NCBI GenBank assembly: GCA_013216135.1
Contig: JABSOS010000005.1
Location: forward strand, 140,682-204,681
Reading direction: 5' to 3'
DNA: 64,000 nt
Source: Candidatus Caenarcanales bacterium
Lineage (GTDB): Bacteria; Cyanobacteriota; Vampirovibrionia; LMEP-6097
A model generated the notes under the pieces. That model was given only the letters and a program-made list of their open reading frames with translations, made no database searches and was not told the origin of the DNA. The first letter of the stretch is position 1; each line of letters opens with the position of its first letter. Both the position numbers and the translations under genes were made by a program. This document shows positions 59,659-64,000 of the stretch, piece after piece.

Positions 59659-59712
59659 AAAATTGGAGGCGGCAGCCCGCGACTTTCAAAGTCGCATGAA
59701 AAAGATTGAACC
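59659..59712 (-). repeat. tRNA-Cys 3'-end-derived repeat with hairpin, proximal copy
   Basis: Minus strand: GGTTCAATC-TTTTTCAT-GCGACTTTGAAAGTCGC-GGGCTGCCGCCTCCA. Confidence 0.85.
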
Positions 59713-59762
59713 GTAGCCGGTTTGAATACGTCTGCAAACTTACAATTGAACGTAGTGAAAAT

Positions 59763-59836
59763 TGGAGGCGGCAGCCGGATTCGAACCGGCGGTAAAGGTG
59801 TTGCAGACCTCTGCCTTACCACTTGGCTATACCGCC
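59763..59836 (-). tRNA. tRNA-Cys (GCA)
   Basis: GGCGGTATAGCCAAGTGGTAAGGCAGAGGTCTGCAACACCTTTACCGCCGGTTCGAATCCGGCTGCCGCCTCCA: cloverleaf, U73, encoded CCA. Confidence 0.97.
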
Positions 59837-59936
59837 CTAAGCAATAAATCATTTTATCTTATTTAAGATACTTTATGCTAATAAAAGTTACAATTTACTA
59901 ATGGAATCACTAATTTATGGTGATTTTTAATAAATA

Positions 59937-60386
59937 TTGAAGATGACTGATACACAACAAGAAAATCCATATAAGTTAACGCCAGTGCTTTTAAAGCGTT
60001 TTCATCAATTCAAAAAGCTTGGTGATAAGACTAAGATGTTCGAAAGGATTATTGCTTTAGGTAAAAAGTTAACTCCTTTTGATCAGAGTAAGAAATTAGA
60101 TGAAAATCAGGTGAAGGGTTGTGTTTCTCTTACTTATATTACTGGGGGGCTTGAGGATGGTAAGTTGAGTTTTCAGGGAGAGTCTAATTCCCATTTAGTG
60201 CAGGGCTTGCTTGCCTTATTAATTGATGGTTTTACTGGGACTAGTCCTGAGGAAGTACTTGCAGTTGACCCTAAATTTATTGAGGAGATGGGTTTAGCAC
60301 AAACATTAACTGCTTCAAGAGCGAATGGGTTTATGAATACTTATTCGATGGTACAAGATATAGCAAGAAGAAATTTACAAGGATAG
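59937..60386 (+). CDS. sufE: SufE family Fe-S assembly sulfur acceptor
   Basis: NQVKGCVS, GESNSHLVQGL, LTASRANG. Confidence 0.92.
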   Translation: MKMTDTQQENPYKLTPVLLKRFHQFKKLGDKTKMFERIIALGKKLTPFDQSKKLDENQVKGCVSLTYITGGLEDGKLSFQGESNSHLVQGLLALLIDGFTGTSPEEVLAVDPKFIEEMGLAQTLTASRANGFMNTYSMVQDIARRNLQG

Positions 60387-60397
60387 AAGGAAATTCT

Positions 60398-61654
60398 TTG
60401 GCTCAGGAAAAAAAGATATTTGCAATATGCGGTGAGTTTAGTGGTGAAAGCCATTTAGCTAAAGTGGTTCGTGAAATAAAAGCTATTGAACCTAGAACCC
60501 ATATTAAAGGTATGGCTTCTTCTCTTTGTGAGCATTTAGGGATGGAGATTTTCGTAGATTATAAGAATTTTTCATTTGCTGGTTTAACTCAGGTGGTTTT
60601 GAATTTACCTAAAATTCTGAGTTTAAAGAGGAAAATAGTTAAAGAGATCCTGGAATTTAAGCCTGATACAGTTCTTCTAGTAGATTACGCTGGTTTTAAT
60701 TTACAGGTTGCACGTTCGATAAAGATGGCTCAGGCACGAGATGAGAGTCTAAAAGATATTAAGATTATTCAGTATATTGCACCTCAGATTTGGGCTTCTC
60801 GACCTGAGAGAATAGAAAATGTTTTAAAGTATGTAGATAAAGTTTTATGTACTTTACCTTTTGAAGAAGAAATTTATAATGAGGTTGAACAGCCAGTTAG
60901 GTATGTAGGTAACCCGGTTTTAGAGTCACTGATTGATATGTCCGCAGAAGATGCTAAGGCTGAAATATTTTCTTTTTTACAGGAAGAATACTGTGCTCAT
61001 AGTGTTGAAAATGATGATATTGCTTTAATACCTAGTGATGATGCACCTTTAATCGGAATATTTCCAGGTAGTAGAGGTTTTGAAATTGAGTATACTTTAC
61101 CTTTATTTGTAAAAACGGCGAAGAAGATTCATGAAGAATATCCTCAAATCCGTTTTGTGATTGCAAAAGCTCCGACTATTTCTCATGAAAAGTTATTAAA
61201 GTGTGGTTTGAAAGACGCTCAAAACTTAATTAAGGTGATTGATGGTGAAACTTTACCACAAGCCAATCAAAAACTTTTAAAGGCATCTGACTATTTATGG
61301 TTATGTTCAGGTACTGTTACTTTAGAAGCAGCGCTTTATGAAAAACCATACTTTTTAACTTATAAGGCAAATTCTATTAATTACATGCTTTATAAGATGT
61401 TCAAGATCATTGATATGGCTGGACTTGCAAATATTATTGCTGGAAAGTATATCGTAAAAGAGTTCTTACAGAATAATGCTACAGTGAGTAATTTTTATGA
61501 AGAGACTTGTTTATGGTTTGAAGACTATCTTTATTTAGAAACCATGCTGCAAAATTTAGGGGTATTGAGAGAGATGCTTTCTGGTTATGAGACTTCAAAG
61601 TTAGTGGCTGAAGAGGTTTTATATGATTCAAGTAACAGAGAAAAAATTCTCTAG
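60398..61654 (+). CDS. lpxB: Lipid A disaccharide synthase
   Basis: GEFSG, VDYAGFN, YIAPQIWASR, LPFE, YVGNP, PGSR, SGTVTLE. Confidence 0.94.
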   Translation: MAQEKKIFAICGEFSGESHLAKVVREIKAIEPRTHIKGMASSLCEHLGMEIFVDYKNFSFAGLTQVVLNLPKILSLKRKIVKEILEFKPDTVLLVDYAGFNLQVARSIKMAQARDESLKDIKIIQYIAPQIWASRPERIENVLKYVDKVLCTLPFEEEIYNEVEQPVRYVGNPVLESLIDMSAEDAKAEIFSFLQEEYCAHSVENDDIALIPSDDAPLIGIFPGSRGFEIEYTLPLFVKTAKKIHEEYPQIRFVIAKAPTISHEKLLKCGLKDAQNLIKVIDGETLPQANQKLLKASDYLWLCSGTVTLEAALYEKPYFLTYKANSINYMLYKMFKIIDMAGLANIIAGKYIVKEFLQNNATVSNFYEETCLWFEDYLYLETMLQNLGVLREMLSGYETSKLVAEEVLYDSSNREKIL

Positions 61655-61794
61655 GAATGATTTGTTTGGATCTAAGCGTCCAGTTCTTTTTTTTGATTGA
61701 TAGGATAAATTGAAAGGGTGTAATAAAAATAATCCAAAGCTGATAGCAAATACTATAACTCCGATTACAGTTTTAATTAATTCAAAATCTATAT

Positions 61795-62040
61795 TCATTG
61801 ATTTAATTTTCTCCTATCAAGTTTTTCGATAATACTTAGTGCTCTATTTGAGATAATTAAGCTTATAATCAACATTGTAACAGCGATATAAAATTCACAC
61901 TTTTTAACTAAGTAAAAGAAATCTAATTCCATTAGTATGCTTTTTAATATTAATAGTGCAAAGGGAGTGGCAAGAATGAAGCTCAATTGCATTAAGTTAT
62001 TTGCACGAAATTTATCAGTTGCTTCAAAGGGCAAAACCAT
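61795..62040 (-). CDS. Small 2-TM hypothetical protein
   Basis: 81 aa; TATAAT 7 nt before the ATG. Confidence 0.45.
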   Translation of the reverse strand: MVLPFEATDKFRANNLMQLSFILATPFALLILKSILMELDFFYLVKKCEFYIAVTMLIISLIISNRALSIIEKLDRRKLNQ

Positions 62041-62098
62041 GAATTAAATTATATTTTTGATGGAGTAAAAATTTTAGGGGTCAAAATTCCTCAAGCTA

Positions 62099-63067
62099 TT
62101 ACTTCAGCAAAATAGCTCTAGGTCTATCTAAATTACTTATAAGTTCTTTAGTTTCATTATTTAAAACGATTTCTTCACCTTCAAGCTTTCTATCATTAAG
62201 TCTTACATCTGAAGCTCCAGTGAATACGATTTTATCTACTTCATTATTTTTAAGCCACATTCTTGCTAGGCGTGAGTTTGCAAGTAATTTTCTTTTTTCA
62301 GAAAGGACTTTAACTTTTTTAGATTCTGAGTTGCTGGTGGCAAGCAAAGTATAGTCTTTATTTTCAACATTATTTTCTTCTAGGTTCATGAAATCAGCTT
62401 CCACAAGAAGCTTTTCTTTTTTATTGATAAACATAGCATCACCGATGACTCGGTATTGCTTTACTGGAGGGTAAATTAACAGTTTATTACCTATGATCTG
62501 TGAATCTTCTTTTTCTGCAATTACATTTTTTTCAAATTTGATTTGAAGTAAATCATTAATATTTTCGCCATCCCCTTCAAATAAAGCATCTAAGCTTTCT
62601 GAGCTGACATTAATATCTTCGTGGCTGGTGGCTACATGTGAGCCCTCAAGTGCTTCTGCTTTGAAAGTACCTTTTTCTAAGTGTAGGATTTGGATGTCAG
62701 AGTCTACTTTATAGTCTTTGATTTTAGATTTAGCGTTAAACAAGGTTATATAACCTGTTTTGATATCTATTTCCATTCTGTCAGCGACAACATCTAGGTC
62801 TTTAGAGTTGATATTAACGGAACCAGTGAATTCTGCTTTTTTCTTTTCTTCTATTGATACATTCGGGGAGGAAATATAAATATCTTTTACCTTAATGATT
62901 ACATCACCAGTTAGTAGGGTTTTATTATTCTTATAACTAAGTTTATTTGCAGAAACGATTTTAATATCATCTAAGCCTTTCTGAAGCTTAATGGCATGAG
63001 CTGTTTGCCCTAAACTCATAAAAGCAAGAACCGCGATAATTGAAAAAACATTTTTATGAGTGGACAT
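62099..63067 (-). CDS. lptA: LptA/OstA-like beta-jellyroll protein (multi-domain)
   Basis: Signal peptide ending AHA-I; repeated 'GxV.I' strands; follows the lptC-like gene; start re-called at ATG 63067. Confidence 0.65.
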   Translation of the reverse strand: MSTHKNVFSIIAVLAFMSLGQTAHAIKLQKGLDDIKIVSANKLSYKNNKTLLTGDVIIKVKDIYISSPNVSIEEKKKAEFTGSVNINSKDLDVVADRMEIDIKTGYITLFNAKSKIKDYKVDSDIQILHLEKGTFKAEALEGSHVATSHEDINVSSESLDALFEGDGENINDLLQIKFEKNVIAEKEDSQIIGNKLLIYPPVKQYRVIGDAMFINKKEKLLVEADFMNLEENNVENKDYTLLATSNSESKKVKVLSEKRKLLANSRLARMWLKNNEVDKIVFTGASDVRLNDRKLEGEEIVLNNETKELISNLDRPRAILLK

Positions 63068-63998
63068 TACCTTTAATTGTAAGCTCTTCTGTATTGAAAT
63101 TGTAAATAATTTCATCAGCATAAATCTTGTCGTTGTCACGAAGAATATATGGATTACCAGTAAGTGTAGCTATTTGGGTTTTATTTTCAGTTCTTACACA
63201 AAGCTTTTCAGCAAAGCAGTTCGTATTATCGGTATTGATATTTACATTACCTTGAGCTCTTAAGTTACCTTCAGCATCTAAATGAATTTCTGATGCCGTA
63301 AGTAAAATATTCTTTTCTGGGATTACCAGTTTTGAAGATCCATAGGAATCTACGATTTGTCTTTCTGGGCTGATATTAATGTTTATTTTATCTGCAGAAA
63401 GTTGGTAAGGTCCCTTCTCGAGCTGAGCTGAACCTACGCTTTTTATGCTTTGAAAATTTTTACTTATCTCGCCTTCTCTACCTGAGATAAGGATATCTTT
63501 AGAGGGAGAGTTTAGAATCCAATCTTCAGAGACTTTAAAGACAGCTGATTCATCAGAAAAACTAAGCTTACCAGAGTCAAGAAGATAGGTATCGTTCTCA
63601 TAATTAAGTTTTACATTCTCTGTAAGATCAAAAGCCTGTATCTTTTTATCGAGATCAGCATGTTTTGCACTTAATATAAATTTGGTTTTTTTTGTACCCT
63701 TTTCAAAGTATTCAATCACTGGATCTGTGATCTCAGCTTTACTATATTTAGAATTAACAATGGCTGACTGAGCTTTTAAATTCCAAAGTTTTTCTTGGGA
63801 GTTTTCATCTAAATGTTCAACGAAATAGTCTTTAATCTTAAATTTAATCTTCTTAAAGTTCTTAGGTAACTCAACTGACTTTACTGTAATTAAAGCTGAG
63901 ATAGTACTGTAAGAAAAGAAAATTAAAAATGCCAATAAAGGAACAAGCATGGCAATTTTCGTGCCATGCTTGTTCGTGAATTGTTCAAGAGATTTAGC
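63054..63998 (-). CDS. lptC: LptC-like LPS export protein (frame open to the right edge; 5' end may be outside the window)
   Basis: TM anchor, KLWNLKAQSA, LTENVKL, C-terminal OstA-like LTGNP...ADEIIYN. Confidence 0.7.
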   Translation of the reverse strand, partial: AKSLEQFTNKHGTKIAMLVPLLAFLIFFSYSTISALITVKSVELPKNFKKIKFKIKDYFVEHLDENSQEKLWNLKAQSAIVNSKYSKAEITDPVIEYFEKGTKKTKFILSAKHADLDKKIQAFDLTENVKLNYENDTYLLDSGKLSFSDESAVFKVSEDWILNSPSKDILISGREGEISKNFQSIKSVGSAQLEKGPYQLSADKININISPERQIVDSYGSSKLVIPEKNILLTASEIHLDAEGNLRAQGNVNINTDNTNCFAEKLCVRTENKTQIATLTGNPYILRDNDKIYADEIIYNFNTEELTIKGNVHS

Positions 63999-64000
63999 TG

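Larger units (their letters stand above)
55345..59776. mobile_element. Small integrase-less genomic island anchored at tRNA-Cys
   Basis: 24-bp direct repeat of the tRNA 3' end (55345-55368 vs 59753-59776, one mismatch); contains pseudogenes and duplications. Confidence 0.65.

Noticed and set aside
55345-59776. CRISPR array, integron or diversity-generating retroelement explaining the repeats
   Set aside because: No regular repeat-spacer period, no attC-like pattern recognised, no cas, intI or reverse transcriptase gene. The 471-bp pair shows only one substitution, not adenine-specific variation.
59652-59852. 66-aa ORF on the minus strand
   Set aside because: It overlaps tRNA-Cys and its derived repeat; spurious.

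Overview
A low-GC (roughly one-third G+C) bacterial chromosomal window. It most resembles non-photosynthetic Cyanobacteria (Vampirovibrionia/Melainabacteria); this is inferred from the flagellar genes, the LPS genes and the fused complex III-IV operon. Housekeeping genes (ribE, rplS, pepA, mfd, glmS, dnaK, ssb, nrnA, prmC, atpC, sufE, lpxB, lptA/C, flgE/G, SRP RNA, tRNA-Cys) are mixed with many lineage-specific orphans. The main feature is a 12-gene operon (28021-36248) joining a cbb3-type oxidase, a Rieske protein and two unequal cytochromes b. One cytochrome b has lost both heme bH ligands; the other keeps all four His ligands and is fused to a 2x[4Fe-4S] ferredoxin. An MvhD-like protein follows. 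Other points: a repeated YTTAAYYW-N3-YTTAAYYW box in front of orphan genes, an unrecognised 'DTDLARAS' domain shared by two Ca-binding proteins (one split by a single in-frame TAG), an integrase-less 4.4-kb island at tRNA-Cys with internal duplications, a pseudo-RNase J, a stand-alone MshEN-like protein, and many apparently leaderless genes. No CRISPR array, rRNA, transposase or integrase was seen.
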